Shown here piece after piece: positions 20,281 through 29,459 of a stretch of DNA of 64,000 nucleotides. Each line of letters starts with the position of its first letter. Positions within the stretch are counted from its first letter, which is position 1. A program made the position numbers and the translations under genes. The DNA is taken from the NCBI GenBank assembly GCA_963842945.1, contig CAWJIM010000003.1:96001-160000 (forward strand), written 5' to 3'. The DNA is from an uncultured Gemmatimonadales bacterium (GTDB taxonomy: Bacteria > Gemmatimonadota > Gemmatimonadetes > Gemmatimonadales > GWC2-71-9). The notes beneath the pieces were generated by a model that was not told where the DNA came from, ran no database searches, and saw nothing but the letters and a program-made list of their open reading frames with translations.

Positions 20281-20835
20281 TCAATGTACACTGTCCGGAG
20301 GTTGTGGATCGATGCCGGATTGCTGATCCTGGTCCACACAGCCGGAAGCAGCGGGCTTCATCACCAGGTCCTGAAAAGTTCCGCTGAGACGGATCCGCTG
20401 AGTATCCGTCACCGACCGAGCCCGTGCCCCAAACCGTCCGGAGAGGAGACCCGAACGGGACTGCTCCAGAATCACGTTTCCGCTGTCGCCCTGGAATCCC
20501 TGCACCACCGTCTTCCCCTGCCAGCGCACCGCAAGCCCAGCGGCCGGCGGAAGGGACTCAGCCTTTGGCGGGTCGACCACCGGATACTTTCCGGCCGCCA
20601 GTGCTCGTTCAGGGTAGAGCGCGAGCGCTGCGCCGGTATCGCCATGAACCGTGCGGATCTCCAGGAACCGGCGTGCCTCGCACCACTGAGCGGTGGCGGC
20701 TCCGGACAGCCTACCTCCCTCCTTGCCGCTCCAGGACAGCTCCAGATGCGGGTCAGTAGAGGACCGGTTGGCCGGCCGCTGGCAAGCCAGCAACGTCGCG
20801 AGGATGGCAAGCGGCCAGACCGGGGGAATGGTCAT
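20281..20835 (-). CDS. Hypothetical lipoprotein
   Basis: Lipobox LLAC; stop codon 4 nt before the ispH start. Confidence 0.7.
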   Translation of the reverse strand: MTIPPVWPLAILATLLACQRPANRSSTDPHLELSWSGKEGGRLSGAATAQWCEARRFLEIRTVHGDTGAALALYPERALAAGKYPVVDPPKAESLPPAAGLAVRWQGKTVVQGFQGDSGNVILEQSRSGLLSGRFGARARSVTDTQRIRLSGTFQDLVMKPAASGCVDQDQQSGIDPQPPDSVH

Positions 20836-20908
20836 CCGGGAGTCCGCGGTTGGGGGTGCTCAGTTGTGTGGTGGGGGGAGAGAGGAAGGAAGGAGTTGCC
20901 CGGAATGA

Positions 20909-21364
20909 TCAGGTGGTTTGCGCCCATTTACTCCGGCCATCACGGTGAAGCCCGTACGCCTTGAGGCGGCGCCACAAGGTGGTGCGGCTGATGCCCAGTG
21001 ACCGCGCCGTTTCCGCCAGCTTCCAGCTGTGGGCGTCCAGTGTCTTGACGATAGCCTCCTTTTCCCTGGCCGCCAACGTGATGGCACCCGCCAGCCCCGG
21101 AATAAACATGGCTTCGCCCAACTCGAGTCCTCCCACCCGCAGCGGTCGGAGGCGGCCACCCAACGCCGCCAGTCGGGGCTGAAGATCGGGGGCGCCCTCG
21201 AAAAGATCCATTCCTGACAAGGCCTCACGGGCAGGCTGGTTGGCGTACAGGAGCCGTCCCTCGACATCGAAGACCACCACCCCTTCGCTGAAGCCGTCGA
21301 GCAGGGCCTTGGCTAGAGGCGAAAATACAGAGGGCATGGTATTGACTGACAAGGTTTCTGGCAT
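20909..21364 (-). CDS. Small PAS-like plus Fis-type HTH protein (alternative start 21337)
   Basis: LLDGFSEGVVVFDVEGRLLYANQPA; EKEAIVKTL…TARSLGISRTTLWRRLKAYG. Confidence 0.85.
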   Translation of the reverse strand: MPETLSVNTMPSVFSPLAKALLDGFSEGVVVFDVEGRLLYANQPAREALSGMDLFEGAPDLQPRLAALGGRLRPLRVGGLELGEAMFIPGLAGAITLAAREKEAIVKTLDAHSWKLAETARSLGISRTTLWRRLKAYGLHRDGRSKWAQTT

Positions 21365-21582
21365 AGTCCAAAGATACGTAGTCTGGGGTTAACTGGTTTC
21401 CGAGCATCCGCCTACTAGTACAGACGACGAGCCGGTGCCCCGGTGCACAATGCGCCGCCGCGTTGGTAACCGGGCCTGTTGTAACGGTCTGACACCGCAT
21501 CGTGACACGGCCCGGATCCGATAAGAATCAGACCTGGGTCGGGGACCGAATCACACCGATGCGCGTGAGAGGGGAAGCTGAG

Positions 21583-24199
21583 CTAGCGCCGGGGCCGGTG
21601 GTTCCGGCGGCCTCGACGGTGGGAGCGATGCCGCCCATCGTGATCCCGCCGTCCACCGCGATGGGGATGGGGGTGTTCTTCCTGGTCCGGCGCCTGGCGA
21701 GAGCGTCGAAGCAGCGCCTGAAGGTCGGGAATCGAATCGGCCAGAATGGGTGGATGGCGTCCGCGCTGTACGGCAAATACCAAGTGGACGGTCGAGCCGG
21801 GGCAGTTCGTCCGCCCGAAGCCGTTTGGCCTGGCCCTCTCGCAAACGCACCCGAGCGATGCCCTGGCCGTTCCGGACTTCGTAGTCCAGGGGAACAGCGT
21901 CGCCCCGGAGATGGATCCGCCCGGGTAGCTCGCCTAGTTGTTCGCGGGTCGAAACGTCCACCAGCTCGTCCTGGTTCAACGCAATGCGTGCCCTGAGGAA
22001 GTCCTGCCAGCCTCGGACAGACTCCAATTGAGACCGAATATTCGCGCGCACCGCCTGAGGAGACGCTGCTTCAAGGGTTCCGCCCGATCGGCGCCACAGC
22101 TCGTCCAGCTCTCCCAGGGTGCGCCGCAGCCGGTTCTGGTCGGGATGAGTGGTCTCGCCTTCCCAGAGCGCCTGGGCGAGCACATCCCGCGCTGCCGCCT
22201 GGAGCTCCAGCGGCACCTCGTCCTCCAGAGTCTCCAGCTCGGTATCCAGCTCAAACCCGAAGTAACTCCGCCGCCGCTCGATCATCAGCCGCTGGTGCTT
22301 GCGAGGTCCACCCAGAACGATCCGGGGCGGACTCAGGGTGGCGTACTTCTGGACGAGATCATACGACAGAGTGGTGCCTTCGATGGCGGCCCGCGGGGTA
22401 CCAAAGCGGTCCGCGAAATAGCGAAGCATCCCGGCAACGGCTCCCCAGCTTCCCGCCACTGAGGTCTTTGAAACCCTGGCCTCCTGCCCATCGGCGGTGT
22501 GCTCATCGATGACCAGATCAAAGGGCATGATTCGGGCGACCAGATCGGACCAGCGGCGGCGGATGTCCTTGGAGCCGTAGGGCAGCTGTTTCGGGAGCGG
22601 CAGCTCCAGCGACCTGTAGACCGAAGCTACGCCGAGAGCAGTGTCCTCGATCGCCTTGACCAGAACTCCACGCCGCTCCGCCCACTCCTCCAATTCCTCC
22701 TCGAACAGATGCCGAGAAAGACCGTACACCTCACCCAGATACCCGTGCTGGTTCACCGCCTCGGCATACAGGTTGTACGCCGTGAGGTGATCGCTCCCAT
22801 TCACCACCACACCGTGGAGATCGCGTTCCTCACGGGTCATCCGGTGCAGCGACTCGATGTTGGAGCACACCGCCACCATCGGGATCAACTCGGAGTCGGC
22901 ATGGACCAGCAGCTCTCCCCACGAACGATCGACCGGAAGCGCCTCGACCTCCCGCCCGTAGGGAGTAAGCCGACCGTTCTCGATGAGACCTCGGCGGGTA
23001 AGCAGGCCGAGCGCGCGGTTGTAGGCGGTGCGGTCGAGCGGCACCGGCAGGTCCAGCTCACGAGCATCGACCCCCAGCGCCGCGCAGGTGATCGCAACCC
23101 GCTCCGCATCGCCGGCCAGCTGAAACTCGGGTGGCGTGGGGCGAAGCGCCTCGAACACCAAGTCGCGCTCGCTGAGAATCACCACCTCTCCGTTGGGGAC
23201 TCGGCCGTGGACCCTGCCGGCCATCTGCAGGATTTCGTTCGCTCCGAGATACAGCCGGTGCAGCACGTTGCGGCCCCGGTCCACCACGTTGCCATACCGG
23301 GCATCGTAGATCACGACGGTATCGAGGCCTCGGACATTCAGCGCCGATTGCCCTGCGGCGGTCATCGCCAGAAGAAACGGACGGGGGACTTCATCTTCCA
23401 GAAAGGGCCGAATCACCCGGATCGGTTCTCCGCCGTGATAGAAGGCAGTGGTGAGCCGAGGCCACTGCTCTCCCAGGCTGGCCGCCAGCTTTTCCACTTC
23501 CGCGCGAGTCGGCACGAAAACGGCGACCCCACGCTTTTCTTTCATGACGTGGCGGACATAGCGGTCGTTCAAAAATTCTTCGGGCTGCTGCGGAAGGACC
23601 TGCACCTTGGCCTTGAGCGCCGGATCGAAGGCCTGGGTAACCAGCACCTCAGAGCTGTTCAAGTACTCGGCGTAGAAGGCCGGGTCTACCGTGGCACTCA
23701 GCCAGATGAACCGGCAACCGGCGCGCTTGCCCAGCGCCAGGCAGAGCTCGAGCTCGGCAGAGGTCTGATGGATCTCGTCGGCGATGACCGTGTCACGGCC
23801 GGTGATGAGGTCGTCCTGAAACCACCGCCGGGCAATCCCCGTGGTCACGATGACAACGTTCCAGCTGGGTGTCTCCGGAGTCGCCTCCCGCTCTCGGTTC
23901 ACCACTCCGGGATGTAGCGGCTCGCGTAGTATCGACTCGGCAATCGGACGGATGCCCAGGGTCTTGCCGGTCCCAGTACCCGCCACGATGCCGAAGGCGA
24001 GTCCCTGCCCGGCCCATTCCCGCAGCTCAGGTCCATGTTCCCGCTCGAGCAGGGTATCGACCTGAAGACCGAGCGCTAGCTCGATGGTCTCGCAGGCGGC
24101 TCGGGTGGGGGCGATGATGATGATTCGACCCTTGGGGTGGGGAGCGTGCCGGTAAGCGTCGGGATCGGGGGGAAGATGGTGGTCGCGCGAGGGGTGCAT
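21583..24199 (-). CDS. DExH-box (HrpB-like) RNA helicase; frameshift near 21780, Arg/His-rich tail
   Basis: AGTGTGKT, DEIH, SAT, FVPTRAE, QMAGRVHGR, LTPYG; tail in ORF 21583-21783. Confidence 0.88.
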
Positions 24200-24219
24200 G
24201 CGGGAAGATAGCCGACTCC

Positions 24220-27200
24220 CTAGAACCCCGGCTGTAACTCGAACTGCCAGACCCACCCCTTGTCCGGCCGCTGGAACGGTCGTACCAGGTCGATTTCGGC
24301 TACCGCGAAGCCGAGGAGATTGATTCGCAAGCCGGCGCCGGCGCTGAATACCGGGTCACGAGTCCCGGACCCCAGAATAGAGGGGTTGTGCTGGCTGTCC
24401 CACGCCAGGCCGCCGTCACCGAAGACTGTGAAGTCGATCGGGAAGACGCCGTAGTACCCTGATCCTATCCCGAGCGCTCCAAAAAGGGGGAACCTCAGTT
24501 CAGCGCTCGCCACGGCTATCCGGCTGCCCTCAAGTTGATCGAATGCTGGGCATCCGGTCGGGTTGTTTGCCGTCGGGTGGCACTCCGATGCATCGAAGGA
24601 ACCGTAACTGTAGCCGCGGACCAGTCCCGGATACCCAAGGAACAGCGGCTGCAGTCTCTGATCTTCGCCGCCACTCCCATACCGGCCATAGTGCAGGAAG
24701 CGGGCTGCCAATGTGAAGGGGCGGGCCGGCATGAAGTACCTGCGATAGTCGACCAGCCCTCCAACGTACGACAACGACCCGATGCTGGGCGACACTTCCA
24801 CCCGGAAACGTTGGCCAAAGATCGGACCGGTAGCGCCCATGAATGAGTTGTCGTACACCCAAGCTGCACTCGCGCTTCCGAGGTTAAGATCGCTGCCCGC
24901 CGGGAGGTCCTGTTTGTCGTCCACGATCTGGTCACCGGTCACGAGCGAGAACCCTGTGGTACGGAGCTCGCTGTCGAAGCTGATGTTGCTGAATCCTGCC
25001 TGTAATTCCACTCGCTGAACCGTGCTGAACGGGTAGGCGAAGACTCCGTACAGATCCCGGTTGGTTTGCCTCTGTAGCAGCACCTGATCTACCAGGGCCG
25101 GTTCGCCGTTGATGGTGGTGGTGCCCTCCGCAAAGCCACCGGTTGTGTAGGGAACTTGCTGGGCAACCACTCCCCAATTCAGACGGTGCGTGAGGTTCTG
25201 ATACCCGACCAGCGCATTCACATCCTTTAAGCTGCCCTGAATGTTCAATCCGGTGACCAGATTGTGGTCCCCCAGAAGGTCGCTGAAGTACAGGGACGCA
25301 CCACCACCGATGTAGGTACCGAACTGGCTGGCTCCGACCGCGAGCGAGGGTTGTCCTACGTAGTTCAGCGATAGACTCGGCTTATACGGTTTTACCGCGA
25401 ACGCAGTGTCCCTCGGAAGCCCCCGCCGCGGGTCGTGGAGCATGTCCAGCAGGGTTGAGTCCGGAGTGCCCATCGGAGGGAGAGCCGCGAACGACGCTTC
25501 CCTGGAGCCGTAGGCCTGGAATGCGGTGAGCTGCTGCGGCACGGCGTTGGCCTGCGCAGGGTCAATGGCGTAGAGATCGTAGCCGTTCGAGCGGAAGACG
25601 CTGTACACCACCCGGCCAGTCTGCTCTGCAACCGTAAACGCCGGGCTGGTCTCGGTGATGCCGCTTACGCCGGTAAACAAGTTGGTGACCTGTGAAAGCT
25701 GTCCGGTCGCGACATTTACCCGGTAGATGTTGGTGACGCCGTTGGGATCCGAGAGGAAAAACAGGCTGGAGCCGTCGGGTGACCACTGGGGATTGAGCTG
25801 TCGGGCCGGCCCGGACCCGGGTGCTCGGCTGATCCTGCCGGTCGCGACATCAATGAGACCCAGCGCCTGGCGACCGATGCGAAGCGTTCCGAGATCCGTG
25901 GTAAATCGGTCGGTAGCAAAGGCGATGGTTCGGCCGTCGGGTGACCACGCGGGCTGCAGATCCGCGAAGTCATCGTTGGTCAGCCGCTGCGACTGGCCGC
26001 TGTCCAGATCGTAGGTGAAGAGATCGGTTAGACCACCGGACACCCCGGAGAACGCAATCCGCCGGCCGTCCGGCGACCAGGTGGGATTGAGGATTTCACC
26101 GAGATCCTTGAATGGGATCTCCCGCACCCGCTTGCCGGAATCCACGTCGTAGACCACCAACGTCGGCCGGCCACCCGAAATGGCGGAGAACACGAAACGC
26201 TTGCCGTCGGGAGACCAGCTGCCCGACGACTGAATGAACTCCAGACTCTGGAGGTGGGGGTCGACGGCCGTCCTCGTGATCTGCCGAACGACGTGACCGG
26301 TCTGGGCGTCGGCGAGGAACAGGTCGATGGAGAACAGGTCTCGGTCCGAAAGAAACATCATCCGCGTGCCGTCGGGGCTCAAGGATGGAGCGATGTTATA
26401 CCGCCCATCTCCCTTGGCCTCGACTATCCGGGGCCCGAAGCTGTCGGCCGGTTGAGCTTGCCCGCGCAAAGGCTGGTATGCCGCGTGAATTTCGGAGTGC
26501 CATCGGGAGACCAGCTGGTCGGGAGTCAGCGAGAGCACGCCGCGAATGGCCTGATCGACGCTCCGGCGCTGGGCCGCCTGCCGAAGGAGCTCACCGATAG
26601 CCCGGTCTCCCCAGTGACCGGCCACGAAGGCAAGCAGCGCATGACCGTAACGGTAGGGGAAGTACCGGGGATCTTCGAGCTGTCTGAAGCTGGGCAGGCT
26701 GTCCTTGGCTGTATCCTGAACCGCTCCCCGCATCCACATGGCGGTGGGTCCGTCGATGGGACCGAGGGATAGGTATTCGGCCATTCCCTCGATGAACCAG
26801 AGCGGGAGAGCCGTGGCGGCCGGCAAGGCTCCGAACGTGGCTGAACGACCGTTGCCCGTAATGTCGTATTGGAACGCGTGGACCAACTCGTGGCCGATTA
26901 CGTGGTTGAGATCCCCCAGGGTCCCCCCCACCGGCAGAACGATCCGGCGGCGGAGCGCTTCAGTGACGCCACCGGTTCCTTCGCCTAGGTCACCCTGAAT
27001 GGCGTTGGTCTGCTGGAACTCGGCTGGGCTGGCGTAAAGAATGAGCGGTTGCCGTCCGGACAGCTCACGGCCGAACACCGTCCCCAGGCGTGTCCGCCAC
27101 CGCTCCGCCATCCGGGCCGCCTGGGTCGCTGCACCGTGCTCTCCAGGGTAGAAGTAGATGTCGAAGTGCTCGGTCTTGAGCACCTGGAAATCAAACTTCT

Positions 27201-27315
27201 GATATTGAACCTTGTTCCGGCCGAAGTATTGCGCCTGCAGGGGTGATGCGATCAGCCCAACGAACGAGAGGAGTAGCCAGGCCCGACGCCGGCTGGCTCG
27301 AAGCGAACCAAGCAT
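24220..27315 (-). CDS. Outer-membrane Omp85/BamA-family protein with N-terminal zincin-like and PD40/TolB propeller domains
   Basis: QYFGRNKVQY, HELVH…WFIEGMAEY, several (W)SPDG repeats, VRGY loop, SAELRFP, terminal Phe. Confidence 0.88.
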   Translation of the reverse strand: MLGSLRASRRRAWLLLSFVGLIASPLQAQYFGRNKVQYQKFDFQVLKTEHFDIYFYPGEHGAATQAARMAERWRTRLGTVFGRELSGRQPLILYASPAEFQQTNAIQGDLGEGTGGVTEALRRRIVLPVGGTLGDLNHVIGHELVHAFQYDITGNGRSATFGALPAATALPLWFIEGMAEYLSLGPIDGPTAMWMRGAVQDTAKDSLPSFRQLEDPRYFPYRYGHALLAFVAGHWGDRAIGELLRQAAQRRSVDQAIRGVLSLTPDQLVSRWHSEIHAAYQPLRGQAQPADSFGPRIVEAKGDGRYNIAPSLSPDGTRMMFLSDRDLFSIDLFLADAQTGHVVRQITRTAVDPHLQSLEFIQSSGSWSPDGKRFVFSAISGGRPTLVVYDVDSGKRVREIPFKDLGEILNPTWSPDGRRIAFSGVSGGLTDLFTYDLDSGQSQRLTNDDFADLQPAWSPDGRTIAFATDRFTTDLGTLRIGRQALGLIDVATGRISRAPGSGPARQLNPQWSPDGSSLFFLSDPNGVTNIYRVNVATGQLSQVTNLFTGVSGITETSPAFTVAEQTGRVVYSVFRSNGYDLYAIDPAQANAVPQQLTAFQAYGSREASFAALPPMGTPDSTLLDMLHDPRRGLPRDTAFAVKPYKPSLSLNYVGQPSLAVGASQFGTYIGGGASLYFSDLLGDHNLVTGLNIQGSLKDVNALVGYQNLTHRLNWGVVAQQVPYTTGGFAEGTTTINGEPALVDQVLLQRQTNRDLYGVFAYPFSTVQRVELQAGFSNISFDSELRTTGFSLVTGDQIVDDKQDLPAGSDLNLGSASAAWVYDNSFMGATGPIFGQRFRVEVSPSIGSLSYVGGLVDYRRYFMPARPFTLAARFLHYGRYGSGGEDQRLQPLFLGYPGLVRGYSYGSFDASECHPTANNPTGCPAFDQLEGSRIAVASAELRFPLFGALGIGSGYYGVFPIDFTVFGDGGLAWDSQHNPSILGSGTRDPVFSAGAGLRINLLGFAVAEIDLVRPFQRPDKGWVWQFELQPGF

Positions 27316-27391
27316 ATGAGAGAATGGACCGCTGGAGTTGAGTAAGCCGTGACCCAGAGCACAGGTCGGCCGAGTGTTTCCCGATGAGGGG

Positions 27392-27616
27392 TCAGCTCGA
27401 TTTGCTGCGGATCCGGCGAGTCCTCGAGGGTAGTATCGGCTCGATCTGATCCTGTTGGTCCAGCCACTGACATACGATTGCAAATGCCGCGTCCCGGTCG
27501 AGGTTGAAGGTCTTCATTAAATACGGGACTGCGCCGTACATGTTGGTCCGTCCCTCGGCCCGAAGCTGTCGGAGAAAGCGGAAGCAGTGCGTGGCTGGAG
27601 GAGAAGAGAGTTCCAT
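27392..27616 (-). CDS. Small hypothetical protein (LRxxGxTNMYGAxPYL motif), probably leaderless
   Basis: 74-aa ORF; TTGAGC N17 TATCTT promoter ends 6 nt before the ATG. Confidence 0.7.
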   Translation of the reverse strand: MELSSPPATHCFRFLRQLRAEGRTNMYGAVPYLMKTFNLDRDAAFAIVCQWLDQQDQIEPILPSRTRRIRSKSS

Positions 27617-27651
27617 GTACCGAAGATAAACCGAAAACCGGAGTCGCTCAA
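27617..27651 (-). promoter_or_regulatory. Sigma70-like promoter with TTCGG-N6-TTCGG straddling the -10
   Basis: Minus strand: -35 TTGAGC (27651-27646), 17-nt spacer, -10 TATCTT (27628-27623). Confidence 0.55.
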
Positions 27652-27712
27652 GCGTGCCTTTTCGGGAACCGAAATCAACGCAACAGACGGTTTCTCAGCG
27701 CTTTCGGTTGAC

Positions 27713-27741
27713 TTGACACCGCCAAAAGCGGGTTCCATACT
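27713..27741 (+). promoter_or_regulatory. Sigma70 promoter of fae and the C1 operon
   Basis: TTGACA N17 CATACT. Confidence 0.7.
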
Positions 27742-27920
27742 AGGGGCCTCAACGTACGGCAAGTACTCAGTGTCTTGAGCTACCGCCCTGCGGATCGCGT
27801 GGCTGGGTCGTCCGTTTCCCCCGCGCTGCTCTTCATCCGGGCTCACCATTCGCCAACGTCGAGCTAACCATGTTGCGCCGGATTTTCTCCTTCTTCAACA
27901 AAACGGATATGGAGGCAGGT

Positions 27921-28433
27921 ATGGCTGGGGAATTCTTCATCGGTGAATCGCTCGTCGGAGATGGTAATGAGATTGCCCACATCGACCTCATCATCGGCTC
28001 CAAGTCCGGACCCACCGGTCTGGCCTTCACCCAAGCGCTCTCCCACAACTCCGACGGCTTCTCTACCCTGCTGGCTGTAGTGACTCCGAACCTCCCCGCC
28101 AAGCCCGACACCCTGCTCTTCAACAAAGTCACCATCAAGGGTGCCAAGCAGGCGGTTCAGATGTTCGGCCCGGCCCAGGCGGCAGTGGCTCGGGCGGTAA
28201 TGGACAGCGTGGCCTCTGGTGTCATTGACAAGAGCCGGGCCAACGACCTCTGCATTCTGGTCGGTGTGTTTATTCACTGGCAGGCCGAGAACGACAAGAA
28301 GATTTACGACTACAATTATCAGGCAACGAAGGAGTCGATCCAGCGGGCGCTGCAGAACAAGCCCACGATCGACGAGGTGCTGCAGCGTTACAAGGCTGCG
28401 CGTCACCCCTTCGCCAGTGGTGCCGAGGGCTGA
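27921..28433 (+). CDS. fae: Formaldehyde-activating enzyme
   Basis: GGAGG RBS; GESLVGDGNEIAHIDLIIG, NKVTIKGAKQAVQMFGPAQAAVA, VFIHW, NYQATKESI. Confidence 0.97.
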   Translation: MAGEFFIGESLVGDGNEIAHIDLIIGSKSGPTGLAFTQALSHNSDGFSTLLAVVTPNLPAKPDTLLFNKVTIKGAKQAVQMFGPAQAAVARAVMDSVASGVIDKSRANDLCILVGVFIHWQAENDKKIYDYNYQATKESIQRALQNKPTIDEVLQRYKAARHPFASGAEG

Positions 28434-28462
28434 TCGTACAGTCCCGCTGATTCCCGATTTTT

Positions 28463-28500
28463 CGAGGGGCGGCCCGCTGCTGGGGCGCCCCTCGTCTTTT
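28463..28500 (+). terminator. Intrinsic terminator-like hairpin after fae
   Basis: CGAGGGGCG…CGCCCCTCG stem followed by TCTTTT. Confidence 0.7.
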
Positions 28501-28531
28501 AGCGACAACCGTTCAGGAGAAGTGGTGTCCG

Positions 28532-29455
28532 ATGCGAAAGCTTTTGCTTCAGCTCGACAGCTCCCGGCTGCCGAGCGTGTTCGATCAGGTGGTGGCCTAC
28601 GACGCCGGCGCGGACGTGGTATTGAGCTATGCCGGGGTCACTGAGGGCGACGTCCGGGATCTGATCCACGGCTGCATCTTCACCCGGGGCCCCAAGGACC
28701 TGCACAACACCGCGGTCTGGATCGGAGGCAACAACATGTCGGCGGGTGAGCAGCTCCTCGCCATGGCTCAAGATGCCCTGTTCGCGCCGTTCTCCGTCTC
28801 CATCATGCTCGACTCCAATGGCTCGAATACCACAGCCGTCGCGGCGGTGGTCAAGATCGAGGAGATGCTGGGCGACCTCAGCGGGAAAAACGTTCTGATT
28901 CTCGCCGGCACCGGACCGGTCGGCCAGCGCGCTGCCGGCCTGCTGGCAAAGGACGGGGCCAATGTGACCATCACCTCCCGCAAGCCGGAGCAGGGTGAGA
29001 AGGCGCGGCAATTCATCAGCGCTCGATTCAATGTCCATGTGGACGCGGTGACCCTCAACGATCCTGCGACCCTTCCGGATCTGCTGCGTGACGTAGACGT
29101 GCTCCTCAACTCTGGTCCCGCCGGCGTGCAGATGGTGCCCCGGGCAGCCTGGACTGGTGCGAAATCCCTGAAAATCGCGGTGGACCTGAACGCAGTCCCC
29201 CCGCTCGGGATCGAGGGAGTCGAGGTGAACGACGCGGGAGAGAAGCGGGGAAACGTGGTCGTGTTTGGGGCGTTCGGGATCGGCAACTTCAAGACCAAGC
29301 TGCACAAGGCCTGCGTCGCCCGGCTCTTTACCCGAAACGACCTGGTACTGGACGCCGAAGCCATCGCGGATATTGCCCGGGAACTGATTTCGGCTCGGGA
29401 GCCCGACAACCGCAGACAACCGGTCGCCAAAAAAGAGCTGGCCAAGAAGAAATAG
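28532..29455 (+). CDS. NAD(P)-dependent methylene-H4MPT dehydrogenase, MtdA/MtdC type
   Basis: KLLLQLD…PSVFD…IFTRGPKDL, MLDSNGSNTTA, AGTGPVG, DLNAVPPLGIEG. Confidence 0.93.
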   Translation: MRKLLLQLDSSRLPSVFDQVVAYDAGADVVLSYAGVTEGDVRDLIHGCIFTRGPKDLHNTAVWIGGNNMSAGEQLLAMAQDALFAPFSVSIMLDSNGSNTTAVAAVVKIEEMLGDLSGKNVLILAGTGPVGQRAAGLLAKDGANVTITSRKPEQGEKARQFISARFNVHVDAVTLNDPATLPDLLRDVDVLLNSGPAGVQMVPRAAWTGAKSLKIAVDLNAVPPLGIEGVEVNDAGEKRGNVVVFGAFGIGNFKTKLHKACVARLFTRNDLVLDAEAIADIARELISAREPDNRRQPVAKKELAKKK

Positions 29456-29459
29456 CGTC

